Below are positions 19,801 to 25,225 of a stretch of DNA of 64,000 nt, one piece after another. How positions within the stretch are numbered: the first letter of the stretch is position 1; every line of letters starts with the position of its first letter. Source of the DNA: Candidatus Aenigmatarchaeota archaeon (GTDB lineage Archaea; EX4484-52). A program made the position numbers and the translations under genes. The notes beneath the pieces were generated by a model, which had not been told where the DNA came from, did not search any database, and worked only from the letters and a program-made list of their open reading frames with translations. The stretch covers positions 106,242 through 170,241 of the forward strand of contig JAGLPV010000001.1 in assembly GCA_023137195.1 (NCBI GenBank), given 5' to 3'.

Positions 19801-21896
19801 AAGACAGAATAGTCGCTTGTGTCTTTTAATGTGTAATTGTCGGTGTTTCCTGTATAATAATCATACCATATGTTCTGGATGTTGCCTGGATTCCAGCCTA
19901 AGTATTCTGTTAGGTTGAAACTCAATAAATCGTATTGGCTCATGGTATATGTGTTGCTTATTCTGATTCTGGTCAGGTTCTGCTCGTTCAAATATTTGTT
20001 TGTTATGCTGATGGTTTCATGTCCGAACCAGTTTGTATCTGTAGTGTTGAAGGTTATGTTTTTGTATTTGGTTAATCCGTTCGAGTAGTGGTCTGTTATT
20101 TCTGTAGGAGTTAATACCCTGTTCCAGACTGAAACGGAGTCTATTGTGCCGTTGAACTCTCTACCGCCGCTTGGGTCTGCACCAATAGCGATACCTGTTC
20201 CTGTTGTTGCAGGTTGTGTCGTCCCTGTTGCAAGAACTGTGTCTACGTACAGTGCGACAGCAGAAGTATTCCATGTCATTACTACATTATGCCATGACGT
20301 AGTATCTGTAAACGTTTCACTTTTTCTAGTATAAGAACCATCATATACTCCTGCTCTTATTGAGTCATATGCTACTTGAAGTAACATTCTATCATATGTC
20401 TTCTTTGTTGAAGAAAAAAGTGTTCCTTCATATCCTGAGGTTCTATCTGCTTTTAACCATACAGAAACAGTCCATGACGTTGTGTTTGATAATTCGCTTG
20501 ATAAACTTGATGAATTAGTTCCGCAATCAACATAATCCCCGCTACCATCAAAATAAAGACTATGACCAGTATTATTGGGTGTATCAGAACTCCATTTTGT
20601 ATTTATGAGCGTCCCGTTATTACTCTTACCTGACTCATCATACAAAGTCGTGCCTGTGGCATAGTCCATACTATATGAAGCTACCAAACCATTGTTGTTT
20701 CTCACTCCTTTTGTGGTTACATAAGTAGGTGTGAATTGTATCTCGGTATCGACCTCCGGCACATTCACGATTAAACTATTATTTGTGTGGCTGACTGTAT
20801 CGTAAGTTATTGCCGAGCCGCTGATGTCTGTGTAGTTTGTGACGTAATTGCTTGCTGTTGTATTGTATAATGCTGAGACTTCATCTGAACTTAAAGCACG
20901 GTTGTAAATTCTAACATCGTCTATTGTGCCGTTGAAAGAATATACACTTTCGCCAAAATAGATATTATTAGAATATGTTATGGTATTGCCAACCCATGAA
21001 TCATCAATATTTTTTGAAACCGAACCAGTAATATTTATGCCATTCATAAATAGGTTCATTTGTTGGTTAGGTATATCAATCCTTAATACATAATGATACC
21101 AACGGTCGTCTGTATAACTAAGTGTAGTTTCATATTGTTTTGTGCCAGACACACGTACTTGTGTAGTTATCGTACTTTCTCCTGTATTAAAGTATGCTCT
21201 TATTTGGTGGTCTGTAGAACCAGTGTAGGTGTTCTCAAAAATTTCATGTCTTCCTGTATCGTTAGTCTTAAACCAGAAAGATATAGTTATTTCCGATTCG
21301 CCAGACTGTTTCCAATTCGTATCAACATAATCATCCAAACCATCAAAATAGACTCCATTGCTCAAATTTCCGTTAGTAGTCCACCCGGAACAATTCCCTG
21401 TGCAGTTATCAGTTCCAATATTCATATTAGTCAAAGCGCCATGATTATTATTTCCTGAATAATCCCATGCTTTGGCATCAGTTGTCTTGTTCCCTTTATC
21501 AAAACTCCACCAACCGACAAGTCCGGAAGTCAAATCATAAGAGGAATTTGTAGCACCTAGGAACAGCTTCCCTTCTGACACATCCAGGGAAGCCGTATAC
21601 ATCGTATCATTAGAAGTGGAATTCTGCACAACTTTTAAATCCGTGCTTAATGCAGCATCAATCCATGTTGTGGAAACAGATAAAGAAGCAGAGAATAATA
21701 CAAATAAAATGAATAATGAAAAGAAGAAAAATGCGTTCAATAAAAATTTTTGCAATTGATTTTTTAAAAAGGATGTTGCAACAAAATTTTTTAATGTTGT
21801 GTCTAAACTTATACGCAAAATGCAGTTTACACACAATGTTGAAAACCTGTTTTTCGAGTAAAACGGGCTGTTTTTGAGTGCTTTTTCAAGTGTCAT
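4875..21896 (-). CDS. Giant secreted/membrane-anchored surface protein (5,673 aa): 11 LamG-type lectin domains, DUF2341-like module, Ig-like modules, N/T-rich region, coiled-coil C-terminus with 3 TM segments
   Basis: A single stop-free 17-kb frame in AT-rich DNA. N-terminal hydrophobic segment FFFFSLFILFVLFSASLSVS. Eleven FDGxxDY(V) LamG cores with the ending FNGTIDEVRIYNRALS (first at ~21321-21350, last at ~12310-12340). WNEDYKYRKKLTITN ... YYIYYNN DUF2341-like module at ~12400-12760. Modules with the motif DPDG..SC..Y. Thr/Asn/Gln/Pro-rich stretch at ~7400-10500. TM segments at ~6085-6200, ~5625-5690 and ~5100-5155. The exact start is uncertain: a TTG near 21740, just before the hydrophobic segment, is an alternative. 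Confidence 0.9.
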   Translation of the reverse strand: MTLEKALKNSPFYSKNRFSTLCVNCILRISLDTTLKNFVATSFLKNQLQKFLLNAFFFFSLFILFVLFSASLSVSTTWIDAALSTDLKVVQNSTSNDTMYTASLDVSEGKLFLGATNSSYDLTSGLVGWWSFDKGNKTTDAKAWDYSGNNNHGALTNMNIGTDNCTGNCSGWTTNGNLSNGVYFDGLDDYVDTNWKQSGESEITISFWFKTNDTGRHEIFENTYTGSTDHQIRAYFNTGESTITTQVRVSGTKQYETTLSYTDDRWYHYVLRIDIPNQQMNLFMNGINITGSVSKNIDDSWVGNTITYSNNIYFGESVYSFNGTIDDVRIYNRALSSDEVSALYNTTASNYVTNYTDISGSAITYDTVSHTNNSLIVNVPEVDTEIQFTPTYVTTKGVRNNNGLVASYSMDYATGTTLYDESGKSNNGTLINTKWSSDTPNNTGHSLYFDGSGDYVDCGTNSSSLSSELSNTTSWTVSVWLKADRTSGYEGTLFSSTKKTYDRMLLQVAYDSIRAGVYDGSYTRKSETFTDTTSWHNVVMTWNTSAVALYVDTVLATGTTQPATTGTGIAIGADPSGGREFNGTIDSVSVWNRVLTPTEITDHYSNGLTKYKNITFNTTDTNWFGHETISITNKYLNEQNLTRIRISNTYTMSQYDLLSFNLTEYLGWNPGNIQNIWYDYYTGNTDNYTLKDTSDYSVLVDTCESGNITGQVLCLNFNENQGATAKDRANYSLNNNDGTLNPSTGGQTKWTTGQIGGALNFDGTNDYVSIIDNSNLEFPTGISFTFMMWIKIPDTNTNDGLITKGYHDTSILYPSYLWNVRDNGHHSFGLSYNSTVSNSIESTSVVCDDTWHHIAVVKNATEDKLYLYTDGSSDATAISINDTNNGVNTDPIVIMNHYNRYTKGMADDIMLYNRTLNATEISWDYQRGLAGLETNISSEGLVLHTKFDERGTSDLATDSSGKGNTGTLYGYPPDWTISSKFGNALDFDGVDDYVDCGNDASLDVTEDITFSAWVNLDKKSQDMVVITDSGSSGKFMLWYDIGNDCFACSVRNTSQANKMDNNPTTPLVKEWYHLVTTYNGSKHILYVNGILEKSQSATGSLVNLVDIVRIGRWYSSDNRYFNGTIDEVKIWNRALNATEISNQYNLKKDYFDSLPNQEGGPTASQNWDIFVSNGTLDTTPPQLSFTSPTPSNNKYISDNYAYINTTTSDTNNITAFMDWNNSLVGWWRFNQEPGENTTFFKDYSSYGNNGTCTNCPVYESGKFGSALEFDGDNDYMNLPLNTANFYGSNLTITAWIKTPETFKTSSEGSIISNFISTPSRGIEFQVENTNDLWLKGGMMSSYAANIPANEWHFVGVVLRNPDVYFIYDDTYVNGSGTTGDWSLINYSLNWDIGARPTSAVPFNGSIDEFRIYNRALSPEEINASYNAGLYRLYHNFTSLTDGTYSYTAYAQDSAGNINSTTRTLTIDTTNPSIKYVDPTDTDNVYVSRNYTYINTTTSDTNNITAFIDWNNSLVGWWRMNEESDTTAEDFSGHSNIGTLAGMNTGINNGTSGRTSSGKYGNALQFDGVNDYVGLPIDNLELSTFNSFTIEAWAYMISKGDDQCVVCKADGGRSIELRYDVGNDWFKLQTKDGDSNWRIAKYTQLSPSLNTWYHLVGVWNGTHIIVYVDGNKGDVVIATTSMYNHVGEAMRIGRGIYYLSDYRLWNGTIDEVRIYNRALSEEEINASYNAGLNRLYHNFTDLNDGTHTYTTYAQDSAGNINQTQTRTITIDTINPTISYINPTDTNNAYVSRDYTYINATTTDTNNISSFIDWNNSLIIWWRFDNSSDLSDHSTYSNNPDNSGSTYTNAGKFGGARSFDGNDKLNRSDIFTNFVTTGYTVSLWIKHPLWTSDVFSEQKSIYSSREATSPVYTYLALRNSEYHLRYITPSIDRIITKPQTSDEFVHLAAVYNTTKMYFYVNGNEAGWQWITPKENLTYDSFILGWSASMDYFNGTIDEIKIWKMALNSVDVRADFNTGSYRLYHNFTNLNDGIYTYTAYTQDMAGNINQTQTRTITIDTTNPSIEYTAPTDADNIYISRNYTYINATITDTNNITSFIDWNNSLVAWWRMNENNGTNVEDFSGNGNNGTMTDMNTGIDNGTSGRTTVGKFSNAIIFDGANDYVDCSSVSSEDTIYTISFWFKVDNTTGSDEVFRRGNAGDCFYNPRIYTDGASVSVSESGCSNEGLVGSRGINTDEWYYITIIRNGETVMFYLNGSLVVQDDNQPNPQATNGKIIMGAGYHDVSGITSFFNGTIDEVKIHNRVLGPEEINASYNTGLYRLYHNFTNLLEGTYTYTTYSQDSVGNIISATRTVTIDTINPTITYVNPTDTDNAYVSRNYTYINTTTTDTNNITAFIDWNNSLVGWWRFNEGTGLTTEDSSTYNNNGTLTNMSSGINNGSSGWTSSSRFGKGLMFDGNNDYVNMGDNLDIVNELTIEAWIYRESNVESSGIVARTGGSWGSTQYGLVTRGWSANDIHLTVADNSTFGYSYRSRLISFGEWHHVVGVVDKPNERLCLYIDGEDDACNNQWYSNITHNHISADLEVGKWVYYFNGTIDEIKIWNRILSPEEINASYNAGLHRLYRNFTNLNDGTYTYTTYTQDSASNINSATRTINIDTTPPHIEFVNQTDSNEAIVTRDYSYVNTTITDSSDTTTLIDWNNSLVAWLRMDEDLGTIVQDFSSHGNNATTANMNTGIDNCTGDCSGLTSNSKFGNALAFDGTDDSMNTANFLDLSNDFTYSFWYKKHEAIPQYPASGDIVSCVLVFNSYSSGHMRACYRDRYCNNGIRFRSASSGNHAWCTGSLNVNQFHHITYVKTMTYQRLYVDGILRASTSGAPADISASQGFDVYGAFNGTIDDVKLYNRAISIEEINATYDAGLHRLYHNFTGLSDGEYTYTAYAQDKAGNINQTQTRTLTIDATPPSYSWKDPTPANNTYRTQNYTELNLTIDEYHLDTLKFNWHNGTTWINSTLHDNSLVLALNFNNNSAIGENSTKAVDISKYANDGTIVTGSNWWNEDYKYRKKLTITNNNASALSIGEPINITINTASLVSAGKLLTNGTDLRIVHGVSEINRTNTTSFNSSETIVWFNAEAQINSGNSDSNYYIYYNNANAGTPQAGGITTTQTYNLTDVLGSISRIRAKYIDGKFGTGLKFDGVDDYVDCGTEDSLDLQEQTILLWIKPNNLDLSGDSKLILNKVGSYYIEYGWSTTGHIFWRTYGLSDDTLNVNNVLSIDEWIHLAFTYNGSSKCAYKNSDEVICEDTTGTINENDGTLYLGRWSTNIKNFNGTIDEVKIYNHSLTADEIKMHYQSELKKYTSSSWGYYNNLSVSNHTHKFNLWANDTMNWSSDTERTVHTNTILITDLNFEDITGHKFNISANATHTGGSGKFTNCYVHCSDCQWSNKYGILNNTSTPTKCTLLINESDIILGTTANFSISFTDTYTKERSSNTQEYYLPNYAPAIYSFTVTNCSNGHCFTLIGNATDPDGASDISSCRIYYYNPTDPSAGWHYFTGTLACDSSSCNCTSTISDSTGYLDNDIKNNIETYIEFKDTSDTTNITTHINNTLPNHAVTFSSTGANTINNKHAFNLTASANDPDSDTFSCKAYLTDTTSGSSCSVNMIPSSIISSGTSSLEVNTTTCSNFNVGDWIDIIVEADDTFDKSNSSQISQQIPNKIPSTPSNLNLIINDAFNDTLHVITPNPKINWTNPSDDENDTLRIEAWVKEEGASYQYDNNITTTNFNNEGQMTLGHRVALEDGKNYTFQLKACDPWICSAFNESNLWFRMNSNPTIVEVSTEPATPTDNINLTANITDNENDNIIYANFTVYIENGTKTTQNTTTINTDNTTKTHELQTLYPKSTGQANLTIYYLNQKTQTINSTQHTITNTTNATHQLTTPNPLNNATINITFANAVNATNLRIYLNNNQIDLIPTPQNTTYNYTHPLQSTNNITCTLENGTITLNNTKILYYSNQSTTVKINNNPLTTLQFTNQTIPTTIPTPQSYLTNTTNITYTTAANTTILNTTLTYTQQIDIMTNQNATKSTAWKVNFTVYANTSYDWTLTTADPYQTTTSSGSFVSGNQNPTTNGPLYQNTPNRHAFTASANATDPDGQITSCQIHYGSNTTELLTQSNQTVNCSKEINTSHYSVGSSVSIYFVFEDNMGATTNTGTIYPTIPNEKPNITNTTLPSTTTALDLTALWNYNEPEGDDIISSTIKWYLNDILNDTRILSQTNLTNASLEYQYTTKAQNWSFCLNIKDQYNLVSDQVCTQNTTIINYPPSLTTPQIQNNPEHRIMTSTIATDHDTDTDLINCTVHYSNQLNQSNLTGTLNIPYGTNTQAYCSANISGGWLTPNQNINITINICDGNISGGSNCTNTTIQTTVPNQIPTITLTSPPNNTNSSNETIQFSWTSSDPDNDNKTFNLTIHNTTLTTNTTHSLLLPDGIHHWNVSVTDTYDTNTSTTRTLTTDSTPPQLINATCNITHNNTSNTTIILNATNSTISASQADNISCTLQWTDNSLNWSINGLSNATLNTTFSVLQTQTTNITFTGNTTQFNYTNLPAGLILFNLTAYDWLHNANQAIINITSNDTRKPTINSITTTPLTIAGIDPNMNITIHTNITDNLAIHTVLLYYQRNDTYNTTNWTSTPMQGTTLYNTTLTNQSKGNYTYYIWTNDTYNNTIQSQNNILQIWNDYTINISITNTPETAIINENATLGTITFNNTGDFNYTCALPNSTYITSSKDMLFNYNTSNIILESPPTTKTRQINITPLIPGDLPDYSVSISIPVDCSCLSCTENNEDYVYSTTLTPSIKIIPAGPYFEFTGISSIATTDAGNSQQITTGITNIGNEDAVNLSIFLMNLPSGVSATPEENTESLFSCTSGINYKTQVFTIYVGSGVATGSYCFYLYTNCSNCLQTQNIKEICIPVDGAPTTIIEEHYTGSSSGGSSSGGGSPFSVIITATEKQRQKLFQTDATYELLRGRQQQFNLEVENPFEGALINTTISIKGFLSKYLRIHPTRTDLIPQNNSQNFTIFLEAPEYFTRGEYKLIFTIEGIINTTPTTDMKETRTIKLIILEISRQEAIDYIEKIEAIIREIEQKNLNTKDLRESLNTANNTLKTKDYEIARDLHAQMQQTKQQAFDCLELLNEIRQKITQAEHDGIDVSKTKRLLLLSQAALDRGDFVSALKRAEDAKVTYALETVGIFNIVAFAKNNWGKIIIATILITILSFFSFLALKLDLITRKLKNLKKEESVLLSLIKEAQRECFIEGKLSMREYMQTLMQYEKRMSKAIQESIKYETIQANLFKFFRKEDDRLTEEREKILNIIKESQRLYLNSGKLETRIYENRMKSYSERLVEVEERIASLKARRAEKKSRLTAVLFILLLLPQAGFCISDDAFNTNNNLLQAGEDMNELLNKNLPATRYNDTLFLAKQIYEAQLALEESGGSPDYSLIHEKINELHDLKKKAFRALDELNALESTIIQTEDINKTPVWEVYNTSKTEFEAERYEECLKQIDKTYEKISEMQAIETKVKAFYDATSRNIITFLKQNRNKIIFIIVLLSTIAALGRTRIECWIIRKKIKNLNTRWSSVRKLVAETQREYFEEKKLNETTYHVRIKKYGEIMRDIKRQIPLLNEELAMKSKR
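13020..18370 (-). repeat. Intragenic tandem array: six ~850-910-bp units (LamG + beta-sandwich modules) inside the giant gene
   Basis: The coding motif (F/L)IDWNNSL(V/I)(G/A/I)W(W/L)R recurs at ~13800, 14700, 15600, 16450, 17360 and 18230. Each unit ends ...EEINASYNAGLxRLYHNFTxLxDGTYTYT(A/T)YxQDSAGNINxTxRTxTIDTxxP. The antisense shadow ORFs at 14533, 15439, 16264 and 17215 share ELFQSMK..ILFVSVVV. Confidence 0.85.
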
Positions 21897-22029
21897 ATTA
21901 ATTGTATAATTATACTAATAAATAGTCATTAACCTATATAAATTTTTAGATTTTTGTGCTACAGGAGACCCCTTTTATCGTAATCAAAAAGAGATTGAAC
22001 CTGTTTTATTGTTGTGCAAGAAAAAAATC

Positions 22030-23127
22030 TCAAAATGTCCCTTTTATATACTCTACAACATTCCTGAAAAATTCATCAACTTTGTCGTCCGGAACATATC
22101 CTCCCGCAGCAGGAATGTGACCGCCACCGGACGAGTTATCTATATTTTTTGTTGCGGATTTTACCATATCGTTCATTGAGATTTTAAAGGTCTGGTTTCT
22201 TGCACTGAAACCGCCTTTTTTTTCAATCACTACTGTTGATTCAGGAAAGTATTCAGAAGAAAGTTTGTTTGACAGGATGGACTTTATACTGTATCTGGAC
22301 TTTATTCGGTAAAAAACAAGTTTTACTTCTCCCTTATCACTTTTTAGAAAATAAGCCCGGTGTTCCATTTCAAGAATCAGCCTTTCGAGTTCTTTCTGGA
22401 TGACAAAATAATATTTTGAGATATCCTTGTTTTCTACAAGCAGTTTATTTATTTTTCTCTCAATATCCTCTTCTTCCAGTATATTTACAATTGTGTTGTA
22501 ATTTCCTTTGGCTGAGAGATAAGAGGAAATTATGTGGTCTATTTTTGTTATTTTTTCTTTAGACTCTTTTGCCAGGAATTTTTTTTCACTCCAGAAGTCA
22601 TAGCCCATGTCACCACTTATGCCGATTGAAGAGACATACTTCAGTTCGTTGATGAATTTCCTGTCATTTATCATGAAATTTGCAAGGTCAAAGCACATCT
22701 TGGATGCGGGATTTTTGGAAGGCTGAATACCTGGTGCGAAATCCTGTGCTTTGATGAACGTGGTTTTAGCTGAACTCAAATCTGCTTTTTTTATATGGTG
22801 GTCTATTATCAAAATGTCTGCAAATTTCTCTATTTTTTTTATTTTTTCAGGGTCTTCGTCCACTGCCATATCCACAGTTATGAATTTGTTTATCTTGTTT
22901 TTTTTCAATAGCTTTATTGTGGATGTAGTGACCGCTATTTTGCCTTGTTTTTGGGTAAAGATAAAGGCATCTTTGCCGAGCAAATATTTCAGGGTCTTTT
23001 TTACAATAGTGCATGAGCAGACCCCATCGCAGTCGGTGTGATACATAATTGCGACATTGTCTGTTTTTTGGATTTGTAAAACATAAGACCTGAACAATTC
23101 AAAATATTTTTTAAGGATACCAAACAC
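22030..23127 (-). CDS. DHH/DHHA1-family phosphoesterase (RecJ/NrnA-like)
   Basis: 365 aa. Motifs MYHTDCDGVCS (DHH motif I/II region), VDMAVDED, IIDHH (the DHH triad) and the C-terminal GGGHIPAAGG (DHHA1 GGGH). Overlaps the upstream ORF by 17 nt. Confidence 0.75.
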   Translation of the reverse strand: MFGILKKYFELFRSYVLQIQKTDNVAIMYHTDCDGVCSCTIVKKTLKYLLGKDAFIFTQKQGKIAVTTSTIKLLKKNKINKFITVDMAVDEDPEKIKKIEKFADILIIDHHIKKADLSSAKTTFIKAQDFAPGIQPSKNPASKMCFDLANFMINDRKFINELKYVSSIGISGDMGYDFWSEKKFLAKESKEKITKIDHIISSYLSAKGNYNTIVNILEEEDIERKINKLLVENKDISKYYFVIQKELERLILEMEHRAYFLKSDKGEVKLVFYRIKSRYSIKSILSNKLSSEYFPESTVVIEKKGGFSARNQTFKISMNDMVKSATKNIDNSSGGGHIPAAGGYVPDDKVDEFFRNVVEYIKGTF

Positions 23128-25168
23128 CCGTTTTAATTGTATATGGGATGAATATATCTCCCTTTGAAAAAAATAAATCTTCTATAAATATTGAATTTCT
23201 TCTTGACGGCATCGGTAGGATAATGTGGTGTTTTTTATTTGAAAAAGCCGCGAGTGTTGATCTGAGCACTGACCACCCGTCGGATGAATTTTGCGGGTCA
23301 ACCATCCACAAAGTGATGCCTTTTTTATCAACATCGTTTATTATGGCGGCAGGAACATGCCATCTTTCGATTAATGTCAGGTTGAATACCCCTGATGGTT
23401 TCAGTATTTTTATTTTATAGTATTCGCTGTCTATTCTCAAGACATCGTTTCCCTCAAAGACATTGAATGGACCTTCAAAACTGTCGTTGAAATAGGAATT
23501 GTTCGTATGATCAATATAAAGCGTATCCATCTGCGAATAGGCATTAGGACAATCTGCAACTGCAACCCCCACTCTACTGTCTATTGGATCAGAAGGGTCA
23601 AGAGAGATATTAGTTATTGTTGCAGTATATCCTGTGGCATTTCCGGGGCAAAAAATACCTTTGGCTCTTGCCTGGTCTTCATCCAAGTCAAGAAATCCTG
23701 TTGTGTTTGTGATGTTTTTACCTATATCATAAGTAGTTATATTATATGTCCTGTTTTGTTTCAGGAGCACAAAACTCTCGTCGTCCCGGAAGATATCTTG
23801 TGTTGGTCTGGCATATACGAAAGGCATCTGGGTGTCTTTGTCAGGGAACCTGAATTTTTCAAAGGCATTCTTCAGTTTAATGAAGATTCCTTCAGGGTGT
23901 ATCGACTCGATAGTGTAATTGTACGGACCGATTGCAATTTCTTCTCCAACATTGTGACTTATATTTCCGGGCTTCCCTGTAAAATTTGTTTGATTGCTAA
24001 AATAGGCATGAGAATAGGTTCCTCCATTCTTTACTAAAATAATATTCCATAGCGTGTTATTTACACCGATTTTGGTTACAAATGCCGTTCTTCCATCAAT
24101 GCTGTCATTGAGTTCTTCATCTTCTTCTTCGGCAATGAAGTCTAAGTCCGGAGTGTATCTCTTTGTTTTCAGGGTGAGTTCGTTGTCCATCAAATAATTG
24201 CCTATATCTGCGTTCATGGATTCTGTATTTATGGTGATGTTTTTATCATTGCCAAGTCGATTATATCCTGGTTGCAGGTTGAAAAGTTCTGTTTGCACAT
24301 CATCGCAGGAAAGCGAAGAATCGGTTATTTCAACAAGGGCTTTTTCATCATCTATAAAATTTATGAGTTTTTCTTTATAGGCATTAAGATTCCTGTAATT
24401 GTAGAAAAACAAGATATCGTTTTTGCTCAAAGAGTCATAGTCCTCTTCCATAGAAGCAGGTCTTATGGTGAATTCGATTTCCCTGTCATTCAGGCAGGAA
24501 TAGGATTCATTGAATAAGTGCGTACTTAATTTATCTGTCAGTTTTATTGCGTCTTCTGCTTCAAACAGTAGAACTTCTTTTGAAGCATCATTTATTGAAA
24601 AACCATAATAATCATCAGAGATATTAACAATCGTCCTTTCTAAAAAAGGACCTTCTCCAAGAACCCTTTCAAACTCCCAGTCGCTGCCGTCATTGACAAA
24701 CAATGCGTTTGTTTCGTTGGAGCTTAGGTTTGCAATTGCGATGTTTTTCCCACTAAAAAGGATGCCGTGACAGACAGCGCCGTCTATTGCCGGTACGAAG
24801 GTGCATGGCGGGTTTGCTGTTATGAGTCGTTGAAAATTTGTTGAGACAACACCAATTTTTAGTTCTTTTCTCGGCAGTCCGTCGGTTGCAAGGCTAAATC
24901 CCCTGTTGATGCCTATGAAATATTTAAATATCGAGTTCAATTGCTCCTCCTGTGCTGTTTCAATAAAATAAGTTATGTTTGTATATTTCATTGAAGACAA
25001 AAAGCTGTATGATTCTGTTTTCAGTTTATTTTCAGTAATCATTTCTTTTTGAACCAGTGGCTGTTCATAAGAGCTAAAAGCAAAAAAGAAATATCCTGAA
25101 ATAATAAATGCTGCAAAAATGCTTTCAAATAGATGTAATATTGCTTTTCTTTTTTTCATTATCATCAT
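23111..25168 (-). CDS. Hypothetical large extracytoplasmic protein with an N-terminal TM anchor
   Basis: 685-aa ORF. N-terminus MMIMKKRKAILHLFESIFAAFIISGYFFFAF (basic then hydrophobic). Many NxS/T sequons. I recognise no family motif. Confidence 0.6.
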   Translation of the reverse strand: MMIMKKRKAILHLFESIFAAFIISGYFFFAFSSYEQPLVQKEMITENKLKTESYSFLSSMKYTNITYFIETAQEEQLNSIFKYFIGINRGFSLATDGLPRKELKIGVVSTNFQRLITANPPCTFVPAIDGAVCHGILFSGKNIAIANLSSNETNALFVNDGSDWEFERVLGEGPFLERTIVNISDDYYGFSINDASKEVLLFEAEDAIKLTDKLSTHLFNESYSCLNDREIEFTIRPASMEEDYDSLSKNDILFFYNYRNLNAYKEKLINFIDDEKALVEITDSSLSCDDVQTELFNLQPGYNRLGNDKNITINTESMNADIGNYLMDNELTLKTKRYTPDLDFIAEEEDEELNDSIDGRTAFVTKIGVNNTLWNIILVKNGGTYSHAYFSNQTNFTGKPGNISHNVGEEIAIGPYNYTIESIHPEGIFIKLKNAFEKFRFPDKDTQMPFVYARPTQDIFRDDESFVLLKQNRTYNITTYDIGKNITNTTGFLDLDEDQARAKGIFCPGNATGYTATITNISLDPSDPIDSRVGVAVADCPNAYSQMDTLYIDHTNNSYFNDSFEGPFNVFEGNDVLRIDSEYYKIKILKPSGVFNLTLIERWHVPAAIINDVDKKGITLWMVDPQNSSDGWSVLRSTLAAFSNKKHHIILPMPSRRNSIFIEDLFFSKGDIFIPYTIKTGVWYP

Positions 25169-25225
25169 AATAAAATATACATATTAATTATATAATACTT
25201 GGGTTACAACATTGAAAATATGAGG

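Noticed and set aside
12000-21500. A diversity-generating retroelement (template/variable repeat pair) targeting the giant protein, as reported for some DPANN surface proteins
   Set aside because: No reverse-transcriptase-like ORF is in the window. Differences between the LamG repeat units involve all four bases rather than adenine-specific substitutions. No near-identical 100-150-nt pair with A-to-N changes was seen. An RT elsewhere in the genome cannot be excluded.
21904-21915. Perfect 12-bp palindrome GTATAATTATAC 8 nt upstream of the giant-gene ATG
   Set aside because: It is a pure A/T-rich palindrome in very AT-rich promoter DNA, so it is likely to arise by chance. It may simply be part of a TATA-like region. 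A TTTATATA box at 21935-21942 is also present but equally unprovable.
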